This document shows positions 18,815 to 28,018 of a DNA stretch of 58,744 nt, piece after piece (within the stretch, counting starts at the first letter, position 1; each line of letters starts with the position of its first letter). The position numbers were made by a program, and so were the translations under genes. Location of the stretch: assembly GCA_034717975.1 (NCBI GenBank), contig JAYEMF010000138.1:8949-67692 (forward strand). The letters run 5' to 3'. Source of the stretch: Campylobacterota bacterium. Its GTDB lineage: Bacteria > Campylobacterota > Campylobacteria > Campylobacterales > Sulfurimonadaceae. The notes below the pieces were generated by a model, which saw only the letters and a program-made list of their open reading frames with translations, was not told the origin of the DNA and searched no databases.

Positions 18815-18828
18815 AGGGCACCTCTAAA
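18815..18828 (+). repeat. solo copy of AGGGCACCTCTAAA directly after the PAS gene stop
   Basis: Perfect reverse complement of 18143-18156. It begins 1 nt after the TAA at 18812-18814. Confidence 0.8.
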
Positions 18829-18857
18829 GTTACACCAAGAGGTCTAATAAACAAGCT

Positions 18858-18890
18858 GGCGTATTTTGATTAATACGCCGATTTTGTATT
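18858..18890 (+). terminator. Rho-independent terminator, probably bidirectional (PAS gene / FKBP gene)
   Basis: GGCGTATT-ttgatt-AATACGCC (8-bp stem) followed by GATTTTGTATT. On the minus strand the same stem is followed by a T-rich stretch (AGCTTGTTTATT). Confidence 0.65.
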
Positions 18891-19584
18891 AGCCTTTTTT
18901 GATCTCCAGCAACTCCACATCAAAGAGCAACACGGAATCCGGACCAATTTTTGGAGGGACACCACGCTCGCCGTATGCCAGATCAGATGGGATAACGAGC
19001 TGCCACTTATCGCCGACTTTCATCTTCGTCAGGGCTTCAGTCCAGCCTTTGATAACCGCGTTAACCGGAAAGCTGACTGCTTCACCACGATCATATGAAC
19101 TGTCAAACACCGTACCATCGATCAACGTACCGTGATAATGGGTCACAACCGTATCGGTCGTTTTTGGAGAGAGGCCGCCTTTACCTGATTTGATCACTCT
19201 GTATTGCAAGCCGCTTGGAAGGGTCGTTACCCCTTTTTTCTTTTTGTTCGCGTTTAGGAAGGCAGTTCCCTTTTTTTTGTTTTGATCGCTATACTGCTGC
19301 ATCAACGCCAGCTGCTTTTTCTGCTTGTTTTCCTGGAATGCCTGCATTGCCGAGCGCATCTCTTCCTGGCTGAGTTTTGGCTTTGAACCGGCAAAGACAT
19401 CCTTCATACCAAGCATCATCGCATCGAGATCAAGATCCTCTTTGGAGATGACAAGCTGCTTGCCGATTTCGGCACCGAGAACATAGCTGGCTTTTTGATT
19501 CTGGCTTGTTAATGTGCTGTCCGCTATAGCACAAGCAGTAATAAGCCCTAAGCAGCCAATGACAGTAGATAGATGTTTTAACAT
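18889..19584 (-). CDS. FKBP-type peptidyl-prolyl cis-trans isomerase (FkpA/Mip-like, secreted)
   Basis: Signal/lipobox-like N-terminus (LGLITACA), a helical dimerisation part, and a C-terminal FKBP domain (VVTHYHGTLIDGTVFDSSYDRGEAVSFPVNAVIKGWTEAL...IPSDLAYGERG). Confidence 0.85.
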   Translation of the reverse strand: MLKHLSTVIGCLGLITACAIADSTLTSQNQKASYVLGAEIGKQLVISKEDLDLDAMMLGMKDVFAGSKPKLSQEEMRSAMQAFQENKQKKQLALMQQYSDQNKKKGTAFLNANKKKKGVTTLPSGLQYRVIKSGKGGLSPKTTDTVVTHYHGTLIDGTVFDSSYDRGEAVSFPVNAVIKGWTEALTKMKVGDKWQLVIPSDLAYGERGVPPKIGPDSVLLFDVELLEIKKG

Positions 19585-19619
19585 AGATGACCTTGTTGGT
19601 TTGATTTAAAGTGGCGGAA

Positions 19620-19628
19620 ATTATAACA
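19620..19628 (-). promoter_or_regulatory. extended -10 element (TGTTATAAT on minus strand) for the FKBP gene
   Basis: The reverse complement of ATTATAACA is TGTTATAAT, about 36 nt upstream of ATG 19584. AAGG SD is present. Confidence 0.45.
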
Positions 19629-19659
19629 GGGGATAGTTAAGGGCACTGTAAATAGTGCC

Positions 19660-20649
19660 TTATTTGCTCTCTTTTTGCTGCTCAAGCGATTTCTTGAATA
19701 TTCGTGGAGGGCGTTTTGATACAGGTTTTTTTGCATCAGGACGTTTACTTTTGGATGTACTGTCGTAAGACTTTTTAGGCTTGTTTGAATCGAATGATTT
19801 CGATTTGTCCCACGGTTTTTTTTCTCTTGAATCGTCTTGTTTTTTATTCTCAAAAGAGCGTGGTTTATCGCTACGCTTCTTATCTTGAGTGCCTGAATAT
19901 TTTGGTTTTCCGCTGCGGCGTTTGCTTGCTGCTTTTTCTTCATCACTTTTTGGCGTCCCGTCGTAACGGTGATTGCGCTCACGGGTCTTTCCGGAGAAGA
20001 TAGGCTTGCCATCTTCATCTTTTCCGATGTATTTTGAAGGCCCTCTCTCTTTCTTTGACCATTTTTCCGATTTTGGTTCATCTTTTGTATCAGAAGCGAA
20101 TGGTTTACGCGCTGGACGTTTATCATCCCGTGAGGGTCTCTCATCACGTTTACGATCGGATCGCTGATCATCCCTGCGCGGTTTATGATCGCGTTTCGGC
20201 TTTCTCTCTTGGAAGCTTTTCTCCTCTTTTTCTTTCGGAGTATCGGAGAGAAGTTCGAAGCCGCTGATGACTTCTTCCAAAAGGTTGCGTCCCAGGAGGG
20301 TCTCAATCGGGTAGAGCTTTTTTTGTTCGCCGGGATCGAGTAGGATCAATGCGTGTGTCTTGGCACGGGCCAGACGGATCATGTAGGCGATGGCAGTGTC
20401 AGGAAGATCATAGCTTATGAGAAGGTCATATTGCTTCTCGGGAGCATCTTTGAGGGCTGCATCACTTGTAACAGTAATGTTCTCATTGTCAACGATTTTC
20501 TTTATGGGTTCCGGATCATCTGCCGTAACGACAAGGATGCTTTGTTCTGCATGTTTGGCTATCAGGATAGTGAGAAGCTCATCTTTGCGTTCACGGCTGC
20601 ATGGGTGGACACGATGGTTATGGCGTTTGACAGATGGGGTGATTGACAT
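19660..20649 (-). CDS. degenerate DEAD-box helicase domain-2-like protein with a roughly 190-aa K/R/D/E-rich tail
   Basis: The N-terminal 140 aa align by eye with RecA-like domain 2 of the neighbouring RhlE. ILVVTADD aligns with [16 protein letters not shown] with TDIAARGID, and LISYDLPDTAIAYMIRLARAKT with [22 protein letters not shown]. There is no DEAD domain 1. The rest is low-complexity charged sequence. Confidence 0.6.
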   Translation of the reverse strand: MSITPSVKRHNHRVHPCSRERKDELLTILIAKHAEQSILVVTADDPEPIKKIVDNENITVTSDAALKDAPEKQYDLLISYDLPDTAIAYMIRLARAKTHALILLDPGEQKKLYPIETLLGRNLLEEVISGFELLSDTPKEKEEKSFQERKPKRDHKPRRDDQRSDRKRDERPSRDDKRPARKPFASDTKDEPKSEKWSKKERGPSKYIGKDEDGKPIFSGKTRERNHRYDGTPKSDEEKAASKRRSGKPKYSGTQDKKRSDKPRSFENKKQDDSREKKPWDKSKSFDSNKPKKSYDSTSKSKRPDAKKPVSKRPPRIFKKSLEQQKESK

Positions 20650-20719
20650 GAAAATCCTTGCGTTTGCTACTCCATTGGAGAACGAGTAATGAAATTATAG
20701 TACATATTAGCAAAAATTA

Positions 20720-20728
20720 TGGTAAAAT
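20720..20728 (+). promoter_or_regulatory. extended -10 element TGGTAAAAT for rhlE (implies a roughly 130-nt leader)
   Basis: TGnTAAAAT pattern about 140 nt upstream of the TTG start at 20869. No other -10-like element lies closer to the start. Confidence 0.35.
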
Positions 20729-20868
20729 GTCGTAATTTCAGCGTGCTTCGGTCCGCGACTGACTTCGTTTTTTTCATCTTTCGAGAATCTCATAACCAAC
20801 ATTAATTAGCCTAGACCGGCCCACGTTTATCCAACGCTTGGTAGGCTTGTCAAAACAAAAGGTACTAT

Positions 20869-22197
20869 TTGTCATTTACTACATTAGGCTTATCAAAGCC
20901 AATCTTACGTGCTATCGCCGAACAGGGCTATAGCAAACCAACTCCTATCCAGAAACAGGCGATCCCTGCTGTCTTGGAAAGAAAAGATATTTTGGCCGGT
21001 GCCCAGACAGGGACCGGCAAGACAGCCGGCTTTACACTGCCGCTTCTACAGCTGCTCAGTGAACGTCCTCCAGCCAAAGGCAAGCGACATCATGTTCGTG
21101 CGCTTATTTTAACTCCCACACGCGAACTGGCGGCTCAGGTCGCTGAAAGTGTTGAGACTTACGGAAAATATCTCCCCTTTAAATCTGCTGTTATTTTTGG
21201 CGGTGTGAGCAGTAACCCTCAGATCACGACGCTTCGTAAAGGGGTCGATATCGTGATCGCTACACCGGGACGGCTCCTGGATCTTGCCGGGCAGAAATTC
21301 ATTGACCTATCACGTGTTGAATGCCTGATCCTCGATGAAGCGGATCGTATGCTGGACATGGGTTTTATCCACGATATCAAAAAGATCCTGGCGATTTTGC
21401 CGCGTCACCGCCAGAACCTTCTCTTCTCGGCTACCTTTTCCAATGAGATAAAGCGACTGGCCGACGGCCTTCTCAACTCGCCGACCCTTATTGAAGTGGC
21501 CCGTCGCAATACGGCTTCAGAAAGTGTCACGCAGGTTGTTCACCCTGTAGACAGAGAGCGCAAGCGTGAGCTGCTTTCTCATCTGATCAGAACGGAGCAG
21601 TGGAAACAGGTGCTTGTCTTTACGCGGACCAAGCATGGAGCTAACCGTCTGACCAAACAGCTTGAATCCGATGGCATCAGTGCTGCGGCTATTCACGGCA
21701 ATAAAAGCCAGACAGCCAGAACGAAGGCACTGGCCAACTTCAAAGAGGGAACGGTACGGGTCCTTGTGGCTACCGATATCGCTGCACGGGGGATCGATAT
21801 CGATCAGCTGCCGCATGTGGTGAACTTTGAACTTCCAAATATCTCTGAGGACTATGTTCACCGTATCGGGCGAACCGGACGTGCCGGAAATGAAGGTGAA
21901 GCTATGTCACTGGTGTGTGTGGATGAACATGAGTATCTGCGTAACATTGAGAAGTTGATCAAACGTGACATACCAAAAGTCATCGTCGAAGGCTTCACTC
22001 CCGATCCATCCATCAAAGCCGAACCGATTCTGCAAGGAGGCAGGGGACGTTCCGGTAATCAAAAACGTTCAGCTAAGAGTGGAAGCAGATCCGCAGAGGC
22101 TAAAAGTGGGCATACCCCACGTAATAAACGCGTTAAGAATGCATCAGGCGCAGCGCCTCGCAAAGACAACAGAAATCAGCGTGGAGGTAACCGATAA
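20869..22197 (+). CDS. rhlE: DEAD-box ATP-dependent RNA helicase, RhlE-like
   Basis: Q motif (GYSKPTPIQ), motif I (AQTGTGKTA), DEAD (LILDEADRM), SAT, motif V (TDIAARGID), motif VI ([10 protein letters not shown]) and a basic G/R/S tail. TTG start. Confidence 0.9.
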   Translation: MSFTTLGLSKPILRAIAEQGYSKPTPIQKQAIPAVLERKDILAGAQTGTGKTAGFTLPLLQLLSERPPAKGKRHHVRALILTPTRELAAQVAESVETYGKYLPFKSAVIFGGVSSNPQITTLRKGVDIVIATPGRLLDLAGQKFIDLSRVECLILDEADRMLDMGFIHDIKKILAILPRHRQNLLFSATFSNEIKRLADGLLNSPTLIEVARRNTASESVTQVVHPVDRERKRELLSHLIRTEQWKQVLVFTRTKHGANRLTKQLESDGISAAAIHGNKSQTARTKALANFKEGTVRVLVATDIAARGIDIDQLPHVVNFELPNISEDYVHRIGRTGRAGNEGEAMSLVCVDEHEYLRNIEKLIKRDIPKVIVEGFTPDPSIKAEPILQGGRGRSGNQKRSAKSGSRSAEAKSGHTPRNKRVKNASGAAPRKDNRNQRGGNR

Positions 22198-22388
22198 TGG
22201 CACGTACTAACTACTCTTACGAAAAACGGGGTCGAGAACTCGAAAAACAGAAGAAAAAAGAGGAAAAGCGCCTCAAAAAGCTGGCGAAGAAAAATGGTGG
22301 AGAAGAGATTGCAGAAAGCGAAGAGGGAGAGACAACACCTTCTCCGGCTGAAGATGTGTCTTCTGAGCCATTTCAAAGCACAGAATAG
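22197..22388 (+). CDS. small highly charged protein (63 aa), translationally coupled to rhlE
   Basis: The ATG overlaps the rhlE stop (TAATG). [35 protein letters not shown] is followed by an acidic tail. No family assigned by eye. Confidence 0.4.
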   Translation: MARTNYSYEKRGRELEKQKKKEEKRLKKLAKKNGGEEIAESEEGETTPSPAEDVSSEPFQSTE

Positions 22389-22449
22389 GTCTTTTAGACC
22401 CTTCACCATGGGACTCCTTCCACATTTTCGATATAATTTAGGTACGAGA

Positions 22450-22490
22450 CGCTTATTCACGATTGAATAGGAATAAGCGGTTTTATTGTT
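22450..22490 (+). terminator. Rho-independent terminator-like hairpin plus T-run downstream of the rhlE operon
   Basis: CGCTTATTC-acgattgaatag-GAATAAGCG followed by GTTTTATTGTTTG. A TATAAT hexamer lies just upstream at 22432-22437. Confidence 0.6.
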
Positions 22491-22506
22491 TGTTAAAGGA
22501 TCTTAA

Positions 22507-23682
22507 ATGCATAATAGATTTTTGGTGTCTATCCTTCTGATAGCTCTTCTTGGTCTCTACGGTAATGCCGCAGAGAGTACTCTTTCCCTCAATCATCCGA
22601 CTCCTAGTGTTCAGAAACTGATCGATAAATATCAACTTAATGTTGTCGATTATAATTATGTCAATGACTTGGTCGGTAAAAAACAGTCGGCAGCCCTGAT
22701 CATCGATGCACGGCCGAAAAAAAAATATCTCATCAGCCATATTCCAACCGCCATACTGCTTCCTCTGTCAGAGTTTGAAAAGAACATCGGCAAACTTGAC
22801 GGTATTGACAAAAGCAGGGAGATTATCACCTACTGCGGCGGATATGGTTGTACGAAAAGTCCAGGGCTTGCCGGCAGACTCAAGGCAATGGGGTTTACCG
22901 ACACTAAAATATATCTGGGAGGAATGCCGGAGTGGTCAGGAAAAAACTATGTGGTTGCCGAGACGGCCGCCGTTCTCTCCGCATACAAGAAAAACAGTGC
23001 CTTGCTGATGGATGCAAGGCCATACAAGATGTATATTGCAGGAACGATTCCGGGAGCTCTTTCAATTCCGGATACACAGACGGACTCCCTTTCGGGCCGT
23101 TTTCCTATAGATAAAACCACAGCGATCATCACATTTTGCGGCGGATACAAGTGTGCCAAGTCATATAATTTGGCACAGATGCTGGTTGAAGAAGGCTACA
23201 AAAATGTCAAAGTGTATGCTGCAGGGATGCCGGGCTGGAAAAAAGCCGGATGCGAAACTACTAGCAGGAAAATTGTTGCACCTCCGAAAAAATCAGCAAA
23301 AAAAGTTGTTTTGAAGAGTGGAATCGTAGCGGGCGTAGATGAAGGCACAGTTGACGGTGAATGGTTCAAATCACAGCTGGATAAGCTGCCTGCAATCATC
23401 CAGATCGTGGATGTCCGGCCAAAATCAGATTATGATGTCGGTTATCTGAAAGGATCAATCAATATCTATGCGGAAGATATGACGGCTGCAGAGTTTTTTG
23501 CTCTCCTGCCAAAAGATAAGACGATTGTCTTCAGTTGCGCAAGTGGCGGCAGGGCGCTTGAAGCGTGGATGAAACTCAATGATGCCAAGCTGGATGTGTC
23601 GCGTATTTTCTATTTTGATGCAAATATCAATTACGAAGGTAGCGAGTGTATCGTTGAACCCAATGAACCTTTGGGTGCATGA
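22507..23682 (+). CDS. secreted triple-rhodanese-domain sulfurtransferase-like protein
   Basis: Signal peptide, then three rhodanese-type repeats with active-site loops YCGGYGCTKS, FCGGYKCAKS and SCASGGRALE. Confidence 0.8.
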   Translation: MHNRFLVSILLIALLGLYGNAAESTLSLNHPTPSVQKLIDKYQLNVVDYNYVNDLVGKKQSAALIIDARPKKKYLISHIPTAILLPLSEFEKNIGKLDGIDKSREIITYCGGYGCTKSPGLAGRLKAMGFTDTKIYLGGMPEWSGKNYVVAETAAVLSAYKKNSALLMDARPYKMYIAGTIPGALSIPDTQTDSLSGRFPIDKTTAIITFCGGYKCAKSYNLAQMLVEEGYKNVKVYAAGMPGWKKAGCETTSRKIVAPPKKSAKKVVLKSGIVAGVDEGTVDGEWFKSQLDKLPAIIQIVDVRPKSDYDVGYLKGSINIYAEDMTAAEFFALLPKDKTIVFSCASGGRALEAWMKLNDAKLDVSRIFYFDANINYEGSECIVEPNEPLGA

Positions 23683-23762
23683 TGTGAAAAAAAGTTCAGC
23701 TTCCAGAGATAAATTTCAGTTAAAAAACCAGTGAAATATGATGGGTCTTATAAGTTGCCACT

Positions 23763-25544
23763 TTAATTCATACCAGCTTGGTTGACATCATACCCTACCA
23801 GTTTACCAACTCTTACGATACTTTCATTCATAGTTACTGTTTGGGCGTTCAACTCCTCGCTTGATGCCGCCATCTCCTCAGAAACTGCAGCATTTGACTG
23901 AGTTCTGGTATCAATGCTATTGATGTTCTCTGTTATTTCAACCATTTTAGAAGACTGGCTGTTAATTGAGTCAACTATTTCATTGATGATGGCAGATGTT
24001 TTTTCAGCATTTTCCAAAATCTTATCAAAGGATGTTTTTGACTCAAATGCACTGCTGTTTCCATCTTTGATCAGTTTGATTGTACTTTCTATAATGGCAG
24101 TAGTTTCATGTGCGGCAGTAGCAGATCTTCGGGCAAGTGCTTTTACTTCGTCAGCAACAACGGCAAAACCAAGGCCATGTTCACCGGCCCTGGCGGCTTC
24201 TACTGCTGCATTCAAAGCCAATAGATTTGTCTGAGAAGCAATCTCATCTATTGTTTTTACAATTTTGTGAATCTCTTCGCTTGCCGCCGTTATTTTTTCC
24301 ATTGAATTCATCAAATTGTTTATTTTTTCATTACCTTCATGTGCAGAGGAATCTGTTTCGTTTGCCAGATTTGAAGCGATTGAGGCACTCTGCGAGTTTT
24401 GCTGGTTTTCCTTGGATGCAGATACGATGGTATGATTTATTTTCTCAACATTATTGGCTTGCCTGGTTGCGTCTTCTGCCAGTGATGAGGATGATGAGGC
24501 AATCTGGGCCGAGGCATCATTAATCTGACCACTGGCTCCCAATATCTCTTCAACAGAGTGGATAGTCGGTTTAACCATCATAAAATGGTTGGTTATAAAA
24601 ACGATTAAAACAATAAAAACTATTAAAAGTATTGTCAGCACTAAAAAGGCATATATCAGCGCTTTTGACTTCTCTATATGTGCATTGATGATTTGCAGCT
24701 CCTGTCCGACCAGATAGATACCAATGGTTTGATCTTTGTAATCCTTTACAGGAAATGAAGTGATAAAATAGTGATCATTTATAATATAACCGTTTTTTTC
24801 GAGAAGATTAAAATCTACTTTTTTGGCATTTTCCAGGAAGGTCTCATCATACGCTTTCAAATCTAAAAGATAATTTCCTACAGCTATCCTTTTTGAAAAA
24901 AGTTTGATGCCGCCAAGCTTGCTTTGGTCCATCATATAGAGAAACTCAATGTTGTCTTTTTTTAGAGATTTCTGTACGGAGTTCAGTCCCTGTATAAATT
25001 CCAATGAACCTGCATAACTGTTGGTACTGTCGTAAATAGGAACAACAGATTTAAGCGTCATGCCGGCTTTTCCTATTTCAAAGGCAGTAATCGGCTTTCC
25101 TGTTTTCTTTACATGCGTGATAGTATGTCGAAACCCTTTAAGGTCATCCCCATATTTTTTTGGTTTCCAGCCTCTGACAAATGATTTTATATCTTTTGTA
25201 TGAACTTGAATTTTCACGTTCTTAAAAGAGGTTTTTTCTTTGTAGTTTTTACCCGTTTCTATAATCGCATCAAGGGCCATCTGTCTGTTGTTTGCGACAA
25301 GAGCATCAACGATGGTTTTGTTACTTGCCAATCCTGTTGCATTGCTTATGGCAACACTCTTTTTTAAGTCAATCTCTTTTTTTAGCATAATATGTAATTT
25401 TGATTTGATATTTTGATATTCATCTTTTTCCATATTTGCCAGATAGACCTGCATACCTATAAAAGTAAAAACCAAAATTACAAAACCACTTAAAGCGATT
25501 AACAGAATACTTCTTTTCCCTACACTTAACTCTGAGAAAATCAT
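23763..25544 (-). CDS. methyl-accepting chemotaxis protein with periplasmic Cache-like sensor
   Basis: TM, a Cache-like region ([22 protein letters not shown]...[17 protein letters not shown]), a second TM, and the conserved MCP hairpin [43 protein letters not shown]. Confidence 0.9.
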   Translation of the reverse strand: MIFSELSVGKRSILLIALSGFVILVFTFIGMQVYLANMEKDEYQNIKSKLHIMLKKEIDLKKSVAISNATGLASNKTIVDALVANNRQMALDAIIETGKNYKEKTSFKNVKIQVHTKDIKSFVRGWKPKKYGDDLKGFRHTITHVKKTGKPITAFEIGKAGMTLKSVVPIYDSTNSYAGSLEFIQGLNSVQKSLKKDNIEFLYMMDQSKLGGIKLFSKRIAVGNYLLDLKAYDETFLENAKKVDFNLLEKNGYIINDHYFITSFPVKDYKDQTIGIYLVGQELQIINAHIEKSKALIYAFLVLTILLIVFIVLIVFITNHFMMVKPTIHSVEEILGASGQINDASAQIASSSSSLAEDATRQANNVEKINHTIVSASKENQQNSQSASIASNLANETDSSAHEGNEKINNLMNSMEKITAASEEIHKIVKTIDEIASQTNLLALNAAVEAARAGEHGLGFAVVADEVKALARRSATAAHETTAIIESTIKLIKDGNSSAFESKTSFDKILENAEKTSAIINEIVDSINSQSSKMVEITENINSIDTRTQSNAAVSEEMAASSEELNAQTVTMNESIVRVGKLVGYDVNQAGMN

Positions 25545-25777
25545 TATATTACCCTCTCTTTTTTATAGAGTAGTTTTCTAACTCATTCTAACGCAAAGTG
25601 ATTAAGTTGTCTCTTTATCCGTAGTGATTTCAGATTGACATATTGAGTATAGTAATGTGTAAAGATATGATTGTCAAGAGAAATAAGGGTATACTCATTA
25701 TTATCGCTCTGCTAAGCAGTAAGAGTAAAAAAGAGCTTGGTTTTATGTGCGAAAGTTGAATAAAAAGGATCACAATT

Positions 25778-27109
25778 ATGAAAAAAACAGCATGGCTTTC
25801 AATAGCAACGGCAGTGGTGGTCACTACGGCTTATGCATCCGACAGTGAAGTGAATATTGATCAGGATCACGGAACGGTATCGGCAAAAGCCAAGGCGATG
25901 CACGTTATCCATGATAAGAATAACGGCTATACACCAAATGACGGGAGTGGTTACCTGTTTCAACTCAACTACAAGTCGCCAGATCTCTTGACAAAGAACC
26001 TGAAGATCGGTATTGGCATGTATGTCAACGGTGATACCGGCCTGACTGAGTGGGATAAACCGGGTGATAAGAAACCGGCCCGGGGCATGTTTGTCGCTCC
26101 TCGAGGGAAAGAGACCGCACAACTTGGAGAAGCCTACCTCTCATACAAACAAAAAGAGGGCGTTCGTCTGAAGCTGGGACGCCAGATCCTCAATACTCCG
26201 ATGACGAAGATCAAGTGGTCTTTGATGCCAACCTTCTATGAAGCCTACGGCATAGGCAGTGAAGCGGTCAAGGATCTGTCACTTGACCTGATGCAGATCA
26301 CCCGTATATCGTACGGTTCGCGTACAGTAGCCGACTGGAAGTTGATCGGAGAAAGTACTGGAACTGCCGGTGCCCCGAATGTTCTGGAGGAGAAAGGCGG
26401 TACCGGACAGGCGCGTTTTATTTCGATCAGGGATGTGGCCGGTGTGGATTCATCGGCGGGCTTTAGTGCACTGGGCGCAACCTACAAGGGAGTAAAAGGT
26501 CTTAAAGTTACTGCTTGGAACTACTATGGCGACAACATTGTCAACAACTTCTATGCCGACGCAGTTTATAAACTGCCGCTCAGTGAATCGATGAAGATGA
26601 AACTGAGTGCACAATAGCTGAACCAGCAGAGTCTCGATAATTTCAACAACCCTTACACTGGCAGTGAGATTGATTTCTGGCTGGTCGGGGCAAAAGCGGC
26701 TATAGAGACAAAAGTCTGGAATGTTTATGCTGCCTACAATCAATCTACGGATTCTGATCAGATGTACAACATCTTTGGCAGTGACCCGGCGTATACCAGC
26801 TCTCTCTTTTCACGCAACCAGTACCGACAGGATGTCAAGGCGTACAAAGTCGGGGGAACCTATACGATCATAAAAGGGCTTAAAGTGCTGGGAAGTTATG
26901 CCAACTACGGTAAGTCAAAAACAGTAAACTCTTCCGGATGGACGCCGACAACCGATGCCTATGAGGTTGACGTCTGCCTCAAGTACAAGCCTGATAATGC
27001 CTGGGATTTAAGGCTCTGTAATGCGATCAGGAGCAGTGAATATGACAGCTACGGTGATGCAGAACGAAAGATGAATCATATCCGGGTTATCGCAGCATAC
27101 ACTTTTTAG
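25778..27109 (+). pseudogene. OprD-family outer-membrane porin interrupted by one in-frame TAG (26615-26617)
   Basis: Track ORFs 25778..26617 and 26762..27109 share a frame. I translated 26618-26761 and it has no further stop (LNQQSLDNFNNPYTGSEIDFWLVGAKAAIETKVWNVYAAYNQSTDSDQ). There is a signal peptide, and the sequence ends in an aromatic residue (AAYTF). Confidence 0.7.
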
Positions 27110-27137
27110 TGATTTAGAAGCGCAGCTCTTCGGAGAT

Positions 27138-27689
27138 TTAATCCATCCAGTGGCTTGGATCATATCCGTCTGAGGGGCGTTTCACTTCCTGTTTGGGCAG
27201 TTTTTTTGTCATTGTAAAAAGATTGGAACTATCGATTGTACTTTTTTTCTCAGAGCCATCCAGTCGCACAAACCCAAAATGCTCAAAAAGTTTTACTGCT
27301 GAAGAATCTTCTATTACACTTACACTGATCTGCTCATAAAGCGCACCGGCTTCGAGAAGAAGCTGCTCAAGCATGGCAGAACCGATGCCTTTCCCCCTGA
27401 ACTCCGGCTTGACACCGATGGTAAGGATCGGTGTCATCTCATCAACATAGGCACTGGGGGCATCACTCTCTTTTAGCAGGCGTATCCACGCGGCACCGGC
27501 AACAGTGCTATCGGCCAGGGCATAGAGTCCAAGGTCCCTGTAGCTGAGGCCGTAATACTTCTCATAGATGGCCAGTTCCGGAAAATCTTCAAGCGTCTTG
27601 TTCACTTCATCAAGGCGCGCAGCGTAGTGAAGCATATCGGTTGCGATCTTCTGCTCGGAAGATCTAAGAAAGTATAGGGTCGGTGTCAT
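27138..27689 (-). CDS. GNAT-family N-acetyltransferase
   Basis: Acetyl-CoA motif A-like IGVKPEFRGKGIGSAMLEQLL. I moved the start to MTPTLYFL (27689). The track start 27764 would overlap the upstream ORF by about 100 nt. Confidence 0.75.
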   Translation of the reverse strand: MTPTLYFLRSSEQKIATDMLHYAARLDEVNKTLEDFPELAIYEKYYGLSYRDLGLYALADSTVAGAAWIRLLKESDAPSAYVDEMTPILTIGVKPEFRGKGIGSAMLEQLLLEAGALYEQISVSVIEDSSAVKLFEHFGFVRLDGSEKKSTIDSSNLFTMTKKLPKQEVKRPSDGYDPSHWMD

Positions 27690-28008
27690 CGGTATTGTCT
27701 TCTTCTTTCTCTTCTTCAGGTGTCTCTGTTCTGTTTTTCTGAACTGCTCTGGCCATGATCTCAATATAACATTGATTCCATCCGGAGTTATGCGCCTTAT
27801 CTAAAGCGGCCGTGATCTCCGATGCCAGTAAGCTCTCAGCCTCATCACTGTTTTCTCCAAAACGACAGTCAAAATCCCAGAAAGTAGCATCTTCGGGTAG
27901 TTTTTTCTTGCGTTCACGTTTCAGATACCTGCGAATATCATACTTTACAGACTCAATGACACGATCGGGGTGTTTGTTTTTCTGTTGTAAATGAAATATT
28001 TTTTTCAA
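27664..28008 (-). CDS. conserved hypothetical protein (basic N-half, acidic tail)
   Basis: 114 aa. KYDIRRYLKRERKKKLPEDATFWDFDCRFG... No function is inferable by eye. Confidence 0.5.
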   Translation of the reverse strand: MKKIFHLQQKNKHPDRVIESVKYDIRRYLKRERKKKLPEDATFWDFDCRFGENSDEAESLLASEITAALDKAHNSGWNQCYIEIMARAVQKNRTETPEEEKEEDNTDDTDPILS

Positions 28009-28018
28009 TTTCTGCCTT

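Noticed and set aside
19578-20306. 242-aa ORF on the same strand as, but in a different frame from, the helicase-domain-2-like gene 19660..20649.
   Set aside because: It lies in the purine-rich, repetitive tail region where all frames stay open. The 329-aa frame is continuous with the recognisable helicase-like N-terminal domain, so I prefer it. A programmed frameshift cannot be excluded, but nothing in the sequence supports one.
22717-22725. Homopolymer runs as possible phase-variation switches: A9 in the rhodanese gene (22717-22725), T8/A8 runs at about 19271 (FKBP gene), about 19815 (helicase-like tail) and about 15632 (cls).
   Set aside because: All are A/T runs of 9 nt or fewer encoding Lys/Phe stretches in frame. 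No poly-G/C tracts of the kind used for phase variation in Campylobacter or Helicobacter were seen.
25630-25824. 64-aa minus-strand ORF in the MCP/porin divergent spacer.
   Set aside because: It overlaps the porin start and signal-peptide region, is AT-rich with an Ile/Leu-rich translation, and has no SD.
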